DNA of 64,000 nt from Chrysomallon squamiferum (GCA_012295275.1 CM022668.1:558001-622000); one strand, 5' to 3'; positions 45,187-59,609 are shown, counted from the stretch's first letter. Numbers and translations are program-made. Notes: generated by a model not told the origin, from the letters alone.

Positions 45187-48131
45187 TATATCTATATATT
45201 ATACATACAAATACCTTTTATCAATACACTGATGTTCATCGCGCAGTGAATTAGAGACCATATGGCATACAGAATATAAAGATAATTATTAAACTAGAGA
45301 AGTATTTCTAATTAAGAGCTGTCCAGTTTACGCATATATTGATAGTATTATTAGTTGTAGTAATAGTAGCAACACAGCGGAAACAGTAACAGCAGCTTTA
45401 ATAATAATGGTAACAGTAGACAGATAATAGTAATTACAGTGATATTATTAGAAATATGTTGAAATAGCACTAGTAACAGTTTTAGCACTACACTGGTAGT
45501 AGAAGTAGTAGAAGTAATAAAAGTAGTCATGTATTAATAGTTTTAGCTGTAGCAGTAGCTGTAAAAATAGTAATGCACTGGTGGTATTAGTAGCAGTAAT
45601 AATAATAAGAATAGTAATGATTGTAGTAACAGAAGTGACAGTAGTTCATTCATTCATCGTAGTTACAGATCTTCTTTATTATTATTATTATTATTGTTGT
45701 TGTTGTTGTTTTTCCCTAGGGGGAAAAGTTAATAATATGAGAGAAAGCAAAAAGATGCCAATTAATTGTCACGTGATAGTAATCATGTGACACACACAAA
45801 AAACATTTCTCATGTATAGTTCACATGATATGAATGAAACCTCAAATTTTTTTATCGCGATATGTGACTATGGTGAAAAGTGACATTTGATATGAGGTAT
45901 TTGTGACATTTAGCTCCAGTCGCGTAACTCAGATGTCAGGTGATATCTCTAATCAACAGTATAAAAATAATGGGACATTGTTTACTATTTCAAATGATAA
46001 GAAAAATACTTTTGATTAAAAATATCTTATTTTTTGTCTTGATTCGGATTTCAATTAGATGAAAATTAAACTGTATCATATTTATATTTTTATTGGTTTG
46101 GTTTTATTGTTAGATATTCAAATATCTATAATCAGATCTGGTTAATCCTCTGACAAAAGCAACAAACAATCCAAATCCAGATCCATCAATTTACAATTAT
46201 CTGTCTCAACAAAATAATTTAAAAAGATCGAAAAGATGCATATTCTTTCAGGTACATACACATCCTCCCTCTCTCCCACTCTTTCTTTCTCTCACTCTTT
46301 CTCTCTCAAACACAAAAACGTACTAATTAACACTATTATTTGTACATTTTCTGACAGTATTATGTCTGGGCTGTATTTTTTAATCTGTCATAAACGAACT
46401 TGGAAACAAACCTTAATTCTTTATTGCTGTATTCAGCTTGCCTTGAGGCTTTATATTTAAGAAACCTGCAGGCCTTGATTGGACATAGTTATACAAAATA
46501 CTTAACTAATTTGTTTAATTTGCTATCTGTTATTGAGAGACATTCCACCAACTAACCATCTATTAACACTCAGATATTCATTCGGAACATAACTGTCCAG
46601 TGAACTGACTACCTGTGAAATCACAATTTATACTGTGTTTGTGTGCGCACTTTTAACGAATGTTTGCTTTTGCGATTATTTGTATCCTATTTTGTTTGAT
46701 GACGGAGTACATCTTCATGTAATGTGTGTGATTTGTGTAAATGTATGTGAATTAATGTTATGTGGATTAGTTTTTTGTGTTCAGAGTATGTTTTGTGAAA
46801 GGTATTTGTTTTGAGAACATTTATGAGAATATATTTCTTTTTGTACACTATGCGTGCGTGTTATATGAGTTATATTATGTGAGTAATATAAAATTATTTA
46901 AGTAATGTGAATATTACGTTAGTAATATACTGTTATATAAAATTAGTGACTAATTTATGTGTTTGAGGCTCACAGGCTCGCAGTTTATTATTGACTAATT
47001 GTAAAATCTATGTAATGCTTTCGTTGTATTCTGTTTCTCTTTAACTGTTCTTCTTGCCAATAACGTCTAATTTCCTCTTCATCACCATAATTATTTAAAT
47101 ATTTCCAATAATCCGGCAAAACGACGCGGCGAAAATCAATAAAAATAAAGTTATTATTTTACAACTCTAAACTATTATTTATTTCTTTGATCATTATGAT
47201 CAATAATTATTCTTACATTAAAGGTATGGTCACACAGTGCGGAAGGTCTTAACGTCTCTTTGGTTTGAAATGACATTAAATATATTAATACTCGTATAAT
47301 AATTATAACAACATCAGCAACACCACCACCACCACCAACATCAACAACAATAAAATAACAATAATATGTATGTATGTATGTATGTATATCAGTAACGTGT
47401 GTATTAATCAAAATTTAGTTCAAATCTTCACACACTTTATGAAAACCGTTACATAAAGTCTGTCCTTATGTATCCGTCTTAACAGAAAATAAGAAAAACA
47501 ATACTTTCCAATATTTCAGTTTCCTTTGCATTTTTGTGAAAACATTTTTGTACTATTGTTTCTGGTATGGAGTGGATCCTTTTAACAACTCGAGTATTTT
47601 CACTGACATTTAACAGAAAACTCTTTATCCTTTTGTTCTTTGAAATATTAGTGACAAAGAAAAGAACAGTTTAAAAGTTATTTAACGTCGTTTAAAAACA
47701 ATGGTTTGTGTTTTCTGACCATCGTGTAAATACAGTAATTCAAGTGCTTTTTACAACGTCGTTCAGACACCGTGGTTTATGCTTTTTATAATTTCTTTCA
47801 AACACAATGTTTCATGAGTTATTTGAACATCTTTAAACACAACCGTGTATGTGTTTTTCTTCATACTAAACAAGATGTATGTTTTTGAGCTGAGTAAACT
47901 AAGAAGTTTAACTACACAAAAATATTTGCCAGAAACCTGGCAACGGCTAGCTAATTAACGTTTCTGACTTTATACCAGTTCAGAACTTAGACATAAACTG
48001 AAAAGTGAAAAGTAGGGAATTCCTGTGTAAACGCTCGCTACCATAACTGGTTCCGTGCGGTTTTTTTATGTGTGCGTTTCTGATACTACTACTCTTCTAT
48101 TACTACTCAGCTCCTTCTGCTACTAAACTGC

Positions 48132-48176
<45 letters not shown>

Positions 48177-50842
48177 CGCAGTAATAAATATGATGATGAT
48201 AGTAATAATAATAATGTTGGAGTTTTGTTACTTGTGATTGCAGTCATTAAATTTCTCAAAATTTCACGTTACCGCATGAAATAAGAGTAAATGTAACTAA
48301 ATTAAAAACATGGGTGTGTCTTTGTTCTTTTTTCCGTACTGATTTCATTTCACACGGGACTCCCACCCACAGTTATCTAATTACTAGATATTAGAGCGAC
48401 TCCCACGAGATAAACTGATAACATTTTGCAATTTACACTTATAATCACCGAATCCTCATCCCTGATGTTTTCCTGCCGACATTTTTCTATTTCTAGTGTT
48501 TTATAATTTGATTTTGTGTCCACCGTTTAATGATAGGTTACGACAGCCTTCGTAAACAAAATAGGTTTTTGTTTTCTAATTCATACATATTTTAAAATAT
48601 TCACGACTGCCTAATTTTATTCGTTTTAAAACAAATTACCACTGTTACTGCCGTCATTATCGTTTTAATACAACATCAACAACATGAACAGCAACTACAA
48701 CACATATTAGTATTTCTGATACTTCTGCTATTGTTACTACTTCAATGCTTACCATGTTATTATAATTTTAAAGTACCATTACTCGTATTACTAAAAGAGC
48801 TTCCACTACAACCACTACTACCAGTACTACCACTACTTCTGTTACTACTACAAATACTTCTATTACAAGAGCTTTCACTACACCACTACTACTATTTCTA
48901 CGAGCTTACGCTACCACCACCACCACTGCTATTACTATGACTACAGCTGCTAAATGCTGTTGCTAGTATTATTACCTTATTTACTACTTCTATCACTAGT
49001 AATAGAACCAGTGTTCTCTCTGTGCCGCGCACATGAAAACTTTGTCTTTCATTTTAATTTACAAACACTCAAATATCAAAAGTTCCGCTCAGTGGTTTGA
49101 AAAAATTAGAAAGGACGTTGATAATAACAAAGTTAGAAGGTAACACTTGCTATCAAGTCACGGCTGAACGAGATAAAAAGGCAGCCAGGCAGAAGTTTAG
49201 TTTTAAAATGTGCAGTGTAACTTTCACTTAGTAACAATCATTACAAAAACGGTAACTGACATCTAACGTCTTAGTTACTCGTTGTCGTAATGATTAATTT
49301 ACGAATACACGAACAGCGGATGTAATAACCCAGTAGCACCAGTTTATGCAGTTACGGCTTAAGCAGCGTAGAAATGTTTAATCTGAATAGATTCGTTCTG
49401 CATAGACCAGATTATCCCATCAGTTCGTGTTTGTAAGAAGCGAGTAATTAGAGGCTGATCGTATGTTCAGTGTGGTAATAAGTGAAGTCAGACGAAAGTG
49501 TTTGTCAGTGATACGCGATTGTATTGATGGCTGCACGCTTAGTGGCAGAACGCTTAGTTATAACTGTAAAGTGCTAACCTAACAAGTGACTCGTTGTATG
49601 GTTTATCATCTCAACACCGATCAATCAAAGGCTTTTGTAAATACAGTAGAGAAAACATTTGCAAAAAAACCAACCAAAAAAAACCTCCTTGTGGCTACTA
49701 AAGAGCCAAAAAAAAAAAAAAAAAGGACAAAAACATTTATTTACTGTTAAAACAACTGTTATCACTACTACGTCTACTGCTATTACTACTACTACTATCA
49801 CAACTATCCCACCACTAATATATAATCACAATTATAATCACAGAAAAAGACAAAAATTATCTTTATTTCTGCATCTATAAACCCCCCCCTCAAATCATTA
49901 CGTCATTATTTGTACTAAGTCACTTACTCAGACTTCATTTATTTCTAATATTTTAATATTCACTCGTCCATGACCGCTTACCTCCCTTGCGACAACCGTG
50001 ATCTTTGTCGAAGTTCAGGGTCTCCAAAATTTTAACACCCTTGGCGTAAATATTACGTCGTCATTTCATGATTAATAAATAAAGTTGATTCTTACTAATG
50101 AATTGAGGATTAACACAGCCACATTCTGTTATATTAAGGTACTCTCTCAGCCAATATTTCTAATTGGTTTCATGAAAACTCGTATCCCGGACTGAAATAG
50201 GTTCTCTTGGGAAGCACGTCCGGAACGAACTGAAGATAAATCGCGCCTATGAAAGTCATGAAAATCCCGTTTATTATTGTTTTTGTTTCTGATGTTGATA
50301 ATTGTTGTTATTATTGTTTTGTTCTTCTTGCATAACGAACATATTTCGTCTATATTTTATTATATTATTAGGCGAAAGAACCTTAATAAAATTGCTCCAT
50401 TATGAATTGTAATGGTCGTTAAAAGCTTTCTTCTTGCGGTTAATAATAATAATTCTTGATTAAAAATAGCCATTGCAAATATAGTAACATAATTATGATT
50501 GCTATAATAATAACTGCCGTTATAGAATTATTGTTGGTTATCACAGGTTACAAAGTAAACTGGTGCTAGGTCTGTAAACTTGAGGTTATAGATCACTGAT
50601 CCGAAACTGTACTCGTGGAGCCGAGACAGTGATATAAAAAAATACACAAGATTATTAGAAATGTTTTATAAAACTATCGACATAGATTATCTAAGTTGTA
50701 TAAATGGATTTTCAGTTGAGAGTTAAATGTTATTCTTATGTCTCCTTAAATTCCCAAAAACGAAATAATTCCGGCTTTTGGAATAAAGTATCTTCAAAAT
50801 GTACGGAAAATCGATCGTAATAGGTCGTATGTTTTCGTACAT

Positions 50843-50923
50843 ATTTTCGGAAGCGAATAGCAGTGGTGATGGCCCATTAATCCATTGGCACAACCTGCGT
50901 CAGTTCGAATCGCGTTCTCATCG
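50843..50923 (+). pseudogene. Decayed tRNA-Ser(GCT) pseudogene
   Basis: ggtgatggcccattaatccattggcacaacctgcgtcagttcgaatcgcgttctcatcg aligns colinearly with ggcgatggactgctaatccattgggctctgcccgcgtgggttcgaatcccatcctcgtcg of the intact tRNA 1.1 kb downstream. B-box core GTTCGAATC is kept; the 5' acceptor strand and anticodon are lost. Confidence 0.7.
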
Positions 50924-51155
50924 CAGTTATAATATCTTTATTTTTACTTTTTTAATCCTTTAATCATTAGACAACATCTAATGTCAAATAATTCCTTTCT
51001 TGACAAAATGAAAATACCAACTAAAATAAACGATGAATAATAAAAATAACCTAAAATATTATAATTATGCACATGCAAATTAGAAATTAAGCTAACAAAC
51101 CAAATAATAATAATAATTGTTGTTATTATTGTTGTTGTTATTGTTGTTGTTGTTG

Positions 51156-51196
<41 letters not shown>

Positions 51197-51504
51197 AAGA
51201 CAGAATCATATATATATATATGTCAGCTTTTTGTGTACATGGGATATATGAGAAAGAGAAATAGAGAGTGCACGCGAGCGACAGAGACATAGAGGAGAAA
51301 GAGAATGAAGGAGATGTTTTTTAAAATTTATTTTTACTGTAATAAGAAACTAATGTACAGTTTATTTAGATCAAATTTCAGAGAAGAATCCCGATAATGC
51401 CAGTATAAAGTTTACTTTTAACGATTATGATTTTAGGTGTTTATTTCTGTAATGAGCTGGGTAGCAAATAGCACAGTGTTTTACTTTCATTATCAAGAAG
51501 AAAA

Positions 51505-51540
<36 letters not shown>

Positions 51541-51966
51541 AGAAGAAGAAGAAGAAGAAGAAAGAAAGAAAGAAAGAAAAAGAAACAATCAAACAAAGAA
51601 AAGAAAAGAAAAAAGATGAAGGAGAAGAACAATATTGTTCAAAAGAAATGGAGCATTCGTTCTCAGTATGAGTCGTAGAGCTTCAACTGGAACAGGATAA
51701 ACTGTAAATTGAAATGGGCGCACAAATACCACTGTTATCAAAAAGAAAAATCCTGTGATTTTGTTTAGTAGATAAAATAGTTTACGTTCAACAGACAAGA
51801 CAGATGTTTAATAGATCAAGTGTCCTTCACCTTCGTAATCATTTATAACGTAATTAATGGATAAAAGCTGAAATTATTAAATAAAAAAACAAAATTTTAA
51901 CCCAGTAAGATTTACTTAATGTTGTTATTTAATTTACTAAACTAAACTTAAAACTATCAACGATAT

Positions 51967-52048
51967 GACGAGGTGGCCGAGTGGTTAAGGCGATGGACTG
52001 CTAATCCATTGGGCTCTGCCCGCGTGGGTTCGAATCCCATCCTCGTCG
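51967..52048 (+). tRNA. trnS-GCT: tRNA-Ser, anticodon GCT
   Basis: 82-nt cloverleaf GACGAGG...CCTCGTC-G; A-box TGGCCGAGTGG, anticodon arm ATGGA-CT-GCT-AA-TCCAT, long variable arm GGGC-TCT-GCCC, T-arm GTTCGAATCC. Confidence 0.98.
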
Positions 52049-52053
52049 AGTAG

Positions 52054-52058
52054 TTTTT
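52054..52058 (+). terminator. RNA polymerase III terminator (T5) of tRNA-Ser
   Basis: TTTTT five bases after the discriminator base. Confidence 0.8.
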
Positions 52059-52237
52059 CATTGTTATTGGTATTTTAATAAATAAATAAAATAAAATAAT
52101 ATAGAAATATACTGCTGAGAAAAAAGAAAGAAGTAGTAATAAATGTTATATCATAAATGAAGTAAAGACATACTGATAGATGAACAGAAAGAGAGTGAGA
52201 GAAACAAACGAATCGCAAAAGTAATTTTTATTGAGCA

Positions 52238-52294
<57 letters not shown>

Positions 52295-52960
52295 AACATT
52301 CACACAAACATTCACACACACATTCACACACACACAAACACACACACACACACAGAGAAATACACACAAGCAGACCTAGTTGCAATTGAGTATTCTCATA
52401 ACAGGCCCTTTTTATATATTTTTTGTTTTAGTTATTTCTACAGGCTTCTTCTCATTCCGTGCTTTCGATCCTCCCTGAAGTTTGAACTGAAATTTAATTA
52501 CATTATTAGATTCGTTATGTTGAAACTTTATCCTCTTTTTCTACACTAATTATTATTACTTTTATTATTTTAGTTTTGCTGTATTAAATTATCTTTTTAT
52601 CAAAGAATGCAAATCGATTGTTGAAAAAATAAAATAATTAAATGAAAATTTAGATAATGAAATTTTGTATGTAACAAAGTTTGGTTACCATTCAGTATTA
52701 ACTAAGGATAAAGTTTCATAGATAAATAATTAATCATGTTTCTTTCATACAGTATAGTTCATGTCTGAATGCTAGGATTACATATGTTTATTTAATAAAG
52801 ACAGATTTGTGTATGTAAAACAAGATTAACTTTTGATTCGTTGTGACAAAGATTTACTTTTTGTGTATCTGTTTTTAATATATTCTTAGAAAACACCCAC
52901 ACACACACACAGATACGCAGTTATATATAATTATTATTATTATTATTATTTTCAGTTATT

Positions 52961-53022
<62 letters not shown>

Positions 53023-53305
53023 TAATAATAAAAATAAAAACAATGTTATAAAATACTGAATAAAATCAGATAGAAAAATAAAGAAAATGAAACAGAAAAA
53101 TGAATTTTATGAAATTTTCTTCAGATTTTTCAGTCGAAGGAAAGTATTATTATTATTATTATTATTATTAAAATGATTTTATATATATATGTGTGTATGT
53201 ATATATGTATGTATATATATATAAATCTGCACTAAAATCTCATTGTTATAAATGTAAACATTGCCATATAACCATTATATATTTAACATTTGCATATATA
53301 AAACA

Positions 53306-53351
<46 letters not shown>

Positions 53352-53946
53352 TGACGATGATGTTGGTGATGATGATGATGAAGAATAGTTATTTTAATTA
53401 TTCGGTATCATTTTAGTAATAACTAATATTTTGATCTGTCGGCAGGAAAGTGTTATTTGTTTCAGTTGTAATATTTGTTATCCTAAAGGACATATATAAA
53501 CAGTTATATTTTTCTCTTTCGTTTTTCTTACTTACGAAACATGATGCTCAGTTATATTAGAAGGCATTACAAAAAGCTTTCTTTTGTTATTATTATTATT
53601 TTTTTTTTTTTTAATTTACAAACATTTTTTAACACTGGGAAAAAAAGTCTCATTACGTGTTTATGTTATGCAAGAATTAACATTCTAATTAAGTAAAGGA
53701 GCAGGTAAAAAGGAGACGAAAAATTACAAAATAAAAATAAAGGAAAGCAAAGAAAAGAAAAAGAGAAAATGAAGAAAAAATAAAATTTAAGGAAAACAGA
53801 GATAAGAAGAAAAAAAAAATAATGACGAAGAAAGGTTAAGGAGGACACAGAAAAGAAAAAGATGAAAGAATAAAAAAGAAAAAAGAAAAAAGGGGCTAAA
53901 TGAAAAAAGAACGAAGAAGATGAACAAGAAAACAAAAGTCAAGGAA

Positions 53947-53977
<31 letters not shown>

Positions 53978-56086
53978 TTAAAATATAAGTAAAAGTGAAA
54001 ATAATTATATTTAAAAGAGAAAAAGAGAGATTTTGATCTGTTTAAAATGATGTATGTTTGCAGCGCGTTTCGCTGTCAGGTGATACGTTCTGTCACATCG
54101 CTTTTCAGTTTGTCTGTTACAAAGTGCCTCACAAATGATTTCTATTTAACTATGTAAAGTTATAAAACAGATCTTCGTGCTAATCAATATGAACACTGGA
54201 TTTCCTTGTCATATAATTATCATAAAACAAAAAACAAAAAAAAATCTTATTTCTAATAACATATATATATATATATGAAACATACCTCATTTATTCATTC
54301 ATTTTTTTGTTCATCCATTCAGCTTTTAGCAGCCTCGTAAATTGTACTTATAATTAACAAAACAACTAACTCAGTATTGCTCTAACAAAAAAACAAAAAA
54401 AGGGAAATAAAATAAATTTATGCTATTAACACATTTTACAAATTTTAAATTGTCTTAAGTTTTAAAATGTTGTATTTTTCATACAGTTATTCTGAATTAA
54501 TAATAATATTACTATATCATTTCGTTTTCTTTCGTCTGTTGAATTTTAAATCTTTTTTCGGTGTTTTTTTAAGCTTTAAACACTTTTCCTTCTCACCATA
54601 CAGTATTTTCTTGTACAATTTTGTCTTTTCTTTCTGAAGAATGAAATTATTTTTTTAAAAATGTAACTTTTAGAATTGTTTATTGATTAGTTTTCTTGCA
54701 CAAATTTTGTTTTATCAGAAATTTGAAATTTAAATTTCGATTTAGCTTTTAACGATTCGTTTGCAGTTTGAACAAATTAAATAAAACTTCTCAAGTTGCA
54801 TTTTCTATTCGATATTTTTAAATTTGAATATTTAAATGTCATTACATTTTTTTCACGTTCATCGTCCTCAACTTAGTACACATTTCTCTTTCTAACACAG
54901 TGCTGTATCAACAACGTACAAAGTTCAAATTAGTTTCCATTAATCTAAGCGGAGGTAGTAAAGATTGGATATATACGCACACATAACTAAAAATATGCTG
55001 TTTATTAAACTTTGAGAGTACCAACAAGCCATAATAAGTCAATACAATTCATTCCTCTAGCTGAGTAAACTTAACACTTGTATAAACAAAGCTTTAACTT
55101 AATCTCGCATCCACCTTCACGAAATGACTTCTTGAGTTTATCATATAAATTCTGATCCAGTCAAAACGCGATATAAACAATCTTATTTTTCCTTCGACTA
55201 AAATGAGTAATAAAATCAAAGCACAAAATTTCTTGTATCATACAAAAATAATACAATAAAGAAGATTAGTGTGCTACAAGACAAAACATAAACATTTCTC
55301 TACTGTATTTTGATTTGGCTTCTAAACTAAGCATACAGATTTGGTGTAGAGTTTAATTTTTCTTATTACAATAAGTAAATTTACGACACACGCTCATAAT
55401 TGCTTTCACATCAACAGTATTACATTTTAATTTAAATAATATTTTCTCTACACCAGTTCAGTGGATTTCATATCATCAACATAGTATCTTAGAATAAAAT
55501 ACATAATTATTATTATTTCCCTCCCAACCAATAAAACTATAATGTAATAGATATTTTATATAATTCTGTTGTCTTGCTTCCAAAGAATACGAGACACGTG
55601 ACCCTAGCTCTCACTGACAGTATATTTGCATTGTAATTTGTTAGGAAATAGATATTAATCTGAAGCGGGCAGACATTTTATGGAATATTTTACAAAATAT
55701 TTGAGAAAAGTCTAAAATGATATTGAATAAAAATTTATTTCGAAATTCTTCCTTTGTAGCTTATATACATAATTTTGTGTAATTTAATTTATACTGATTG
55801 AAAAATGTGGCTAGACATCTTAAAGGTATATTTTTAATTTATAATATTTAAATTTTTTAAATTGTATTTTATTTTATTTTATTTTACTGTTTATTTTATT
55901 TTATTTTATTATTATTATTTTTTTTTTGTTTGTTGAGGGGAATTTATTATTAATTTATTATTTTACTTTCTGATTACTTTTTGTATTATACAAAAGCAAA
56001 CTGTAATTGATATAAAATAATAATAACTATAAATTTAAAAAGAGATTTAAAAAATTATATAATAAATAAAATTATTTACAACTTAC

Positions 56087-56247
56087 CTCTTTATCTGTAA
56101 AACCTTTCTCTCTTCGTGAATTTATATATTTATATTATTATTATAATGTTTTTCTTTTTTTTTCTGATCTTTATCCTGGAACACAAAAACTCACGAAGTG
56201 AAAACTCGTGTTAAAATCTGCTCTTTTTAAAGCGGAGAGTTCCGACT
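56087..56247 (-). other. AT: Candidate non-coding first exon of the allatotropin gene
   Basis: Perfect donor GAG|GTAAGT at 56086-56081 on minus; no ATG in the exon; an in-frame TAA lies upstream of the microexon ATG; begins at an Inr-like ATCAGTC (56250-56244). TSS position uncertain. Confidence 0.45.
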
Positions 56248-56530
56248 GATATACACGTATTTAATATAATCTCGCCTGACTGAGCGCAGATTTCCAAATG
56301 AACGTCATCGCTTCCTGTGTTCAGACACCAACGCCTCGATCATTAGATCAGCGATAGCTCGATGATTTCAACTTTGACCTCCACGTGTAGCGAGCGTTTC
56401 GTCATTCAGAGATCGATACATCATCCTATCTGAAGATAAGACAAACCCGTACATGGTTGCAAGGCGTGGTTTAATATGATTAACATTTGATAAAGCCAAT
56501 CAGTGATTACCGGGTAAGCCGTGCGCGTGG
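56244..56530 (-). promoter_or_regulatory. Candidate allatotropin promoter
   Basis: Locally CpG-rich block with Inr-like TCAGTC (twice), TATA-like TATATTAAA (56268-56260), CRE half-site (56302-56307), ETS-like CTTCCTG (56311-56317), DR1-like AGGTCA-A-AGTTGA (56380-56368), E-box CACGTG (56382-56387) and CCAAT box AGCCAATCAG (56494-56503). Confidence 0.45.
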
Positions 56531-57206
56531 GAGTATTTTTAGAACGTATTACTACATACGAGAGTGAATGGGGTTTATGCGTTTCTCTGTGGGGAAAACT
56601 GTGTAAGGATAAAGCAAATCCAAGTAACGACTGATTGTATCGGATAAAACATTTCCATTTTTGTTTTATTACTTGGGCTTGTCAGAAAATTTATGATTTG
56701 TCACTTTCAGTGAGTAATATTCTGACTGGATTCCACGTCTAATTAAATCTTTGTTTTATAAATTGCACTAACTGTATGACTAACTTTATGGATGGCCATG
56801 TGCATGTCTGTATGTGTTTGTCTGTATGTGCCTGTGTTTGTGTGTGAGTGTGTGTGTGTGTGTGTGTGCGCGCGTTTGTATAAATGTGAGTATAATGTGT
56901 ATAAAATCGTACAATATCGTCAACTGATTTTTATACTTTAACAGATTTTTGTTTCATTTCGTTCAAGAAATAAAAATAAATAAATAAATAAATATTTTTA
57001 GTTTCAATCATATGACGTCACCATTAAGTCACAATAAGTAGGAATGTTATATTTGAATATTTAGCTTTGTGTTAACATCGAAATCATAATAATTTAAATA
57101 AACAGTTATCTAGTGTTGACAGTCTTCCTTTGATCCAATTTTACTGTCAGAAAGAAAGATGTCTTTCAAAGAATAATTATAATATATATATATATATACA
57201 TACACA

Positions 57207-58273
57207 CACTCTCCCAAAAAAGAAACGCAAAATGGTTGATTTCTTAGATAACTATTGTAAAGTGACACATATCGATGTACAAACAATTAATATAATGACA
57301 TTTGGTGATTCAAACGTATAGCTTTAGTTACAGTCGCCAAAAAGCAGGTAACACAAAATAAAAGCTATGATCCTGTTTATTAGCCAAAATATACCCGCAT
57401 GCATCATGTTACCAGTGCATGTACACGTGCGACACATGAAACTTGAATACGAGGGTTTTAAAAATGCAAGGTTTTCGAAAACTTCTGTTCATTATTTTTG
57501 TTCTGACCCAACATCCAACAAATGCCACGACTGAGTGAACCGCAACAAAACAACGCCATCGGCTGTTTACAACCTGGCGAATCCTTATCCGCATTAGCCC
57601 GGGTGTTCCATGTATCCCCAGGCACCATCTTGAGGTTGTGGTATCGGTTCCAGCAGCGTAGAATATATGGGCAGCAATCTCATACACTGGCAGGACCAAC
57701 TTGGTTCACATTCAAGGCAACTTAACAGCACAGAGATACCGAGATGAAATTTTGAAGCCACATGTCGCTCCAGTTATGAATAATGGAACGCTGTACTCCA
57801 GCACGCCAATGCGAGACCACATACAACCAGACTCACAACAGCGTACCTACACAACAATAATATTCAGGTCCTGCCCAGGCCCTCTAAATCTCCGGATTTG
57901 AACCCTATAGAGCATTTATGGGACGAGTTGGATAGACGACTGAGGCAGCATCAACCACAGCCACAGAATCGTGCTCAGTTGGCATTATTACTACAGAGTG
58001 GGCCACCGTTCCATAAGGTGTAATTCGTAATGTCATTACTGCCATGGGAAGGAGATGTCAGGCAGTTCTGGACTCCCATGGTGGGCACACAGCGTATTGA
58101 TATTATACTGTTATAACCTTGAACTTTAACCTTTTCAATGTAATACCATCACTATTAATGAATTGCAAACGTGTGTGTAAAATGTCAACATTCTGCTGCT
58201 TTCTGTTGATCCATTAGATAGATATTCCCAATGTCAATAAAATCTACTTTTGCGTTTCTTTTTTGTTAGAGTA
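57207..58273 (+). mobile_element. Internally deleted Tc1/mariner (Tc1, DD34E) DNA transposon
   Basis: 26-bp terminal inverted repeats: CACTCTCCCAAAAAAGAAACGCAAAA (57207-57232) versus TACTCTAACAAAAAAGAAACGCAAAA (reverse complement of 58248-58273), in TA-repeat context; transposase remnants inside. Confidence 0.92.
57522..58100 (+). pseudogene. Tc1 transposase pseudogene
   Basis: N-terminal HTH MPRLSEPQQNNAIGCLQPGESLSALARVFHVSPGTILRLWYRFQQ, then a large deletion, then IWAAISYTGRTNLVHIQGNLTAQRYRDEILKPHV, QHANARPH...SKSPDLNPIEHLW (34 residues between the mutated second Asp position and Glu) and RRCQAVLDSHGGHTAY*; frameshifts and an internal stop. Confidence 0.92.
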
Positions 58274-59029
58274 CATATATATATCGCGTTAAAAATTAAT
58301 ATCAATATTTGAAAAAAAAAGAAAAAATACCAATCTCAGTCAAAGGCGGGGAAGGAAAAACGTTTAAAAAATGAAAGAAGATAAGTGGGTATGAACAGTA
58401 CGTTCATGACACTGCTAACAAGATAATTACTTTTTCTGTTTCTTCTTGTCTGTAACAATTTCACACCCATCACTCCAGCCTAAACAGAGTTGTAAAAAAG
58501 AATGTATCAAATCATATACATAAATACACTTATATAAACACATACATACATACTACATACGTACATACTCACTCACAAACACACACACAAACACACACAC
58601 ACACACACACACATTTAGCTGCAGGCTTCAGTGTTTTCTATCAACAAAGGAGTCTTATGTTGCTTTTAATTGGTTCCTCCCAGCTGGAACTAATTTTCTG
58701 GTGAATTAATAAAATTATTATCGGTTATTTGGTCAGACGTCTAGCCTTACTCAGTCTGGGAAGAGTTTGGTGTCAAGTTCAAACATGAAATTCATCTGAG
58801 CGTGAAAAATGTTTATTCGCTTCACTGATTAATATTACATCCACAATTTGTCGTTTACACATTGCCTATCTCAATCACGTGACACGGACTAAGTTTTGTG
58901 TTGACTGACATTTCTGTTACAGTTAAATTAAACAAGAACTCTAACTGGTTGAAATGTAGAATACTTTTATTTCATTTAAAAAGAACAACGTTTAATGAAC
59001 TTTGTATATTTTAGTCCGTGTTTCATGAC

Positions 59030-59366
59030 ATACACAGAAATATGCACATAAATGTGCACATAAATATACATACGTATATACATACTACACTCATACACTC
59101 ATACATACTACATACATACATACTTATATAAATACAAACACACACGCACATATATACACACACACATACATACAGACCCATACATACATACATACATACA
59201 GACCCATACATACATACACACATACAGACAAATATACATACATACATACTATATAAATACAAGCATAAATAACACGTACATTCATGAACACATGCACACA
59301 TACATACATACGTACATACATACATACATACATACATACATACATACATACATACACACACACACA
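59030..59366. repeat. Degenerate (TACA)n/(CA)n tract
   Basis: Direct inspection. Confidence 0.9.
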
Positions 59367-59609
59367 AACCTCATATAGTACAGGGACAGATGTAGACACA
59401 ACTACTACTTCTAAAGTCCACATTAAAAAATCCACAGCATAATTTTGTAATCTGAAACACGTAAACCAAGGAGCAGTTTTACTTCACGGACTTTCATAAT
59501 TCCATGATAATACACAAAATAAGATTTTCTTATTTTCGGGCAGTCACCATATAATCCATAAACATAAAATATAACGTAATTTACAAACCTGTGTCTGAAA
59601 CTACTACTA

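Noticed and set aside
50134-50386. Possible TTAA-flanked Kolobok-like MITE (TTAAGGTACTCTC ... GAAAGAACCTTAA)
   Set aside because: The inverted match is short and imperfect, within chance for AT-rich DNA.
57409-57699. 96-aa minus-strand ORF in the transposon
   Set aside because: Antisense to the Tc1 transposase remnant.
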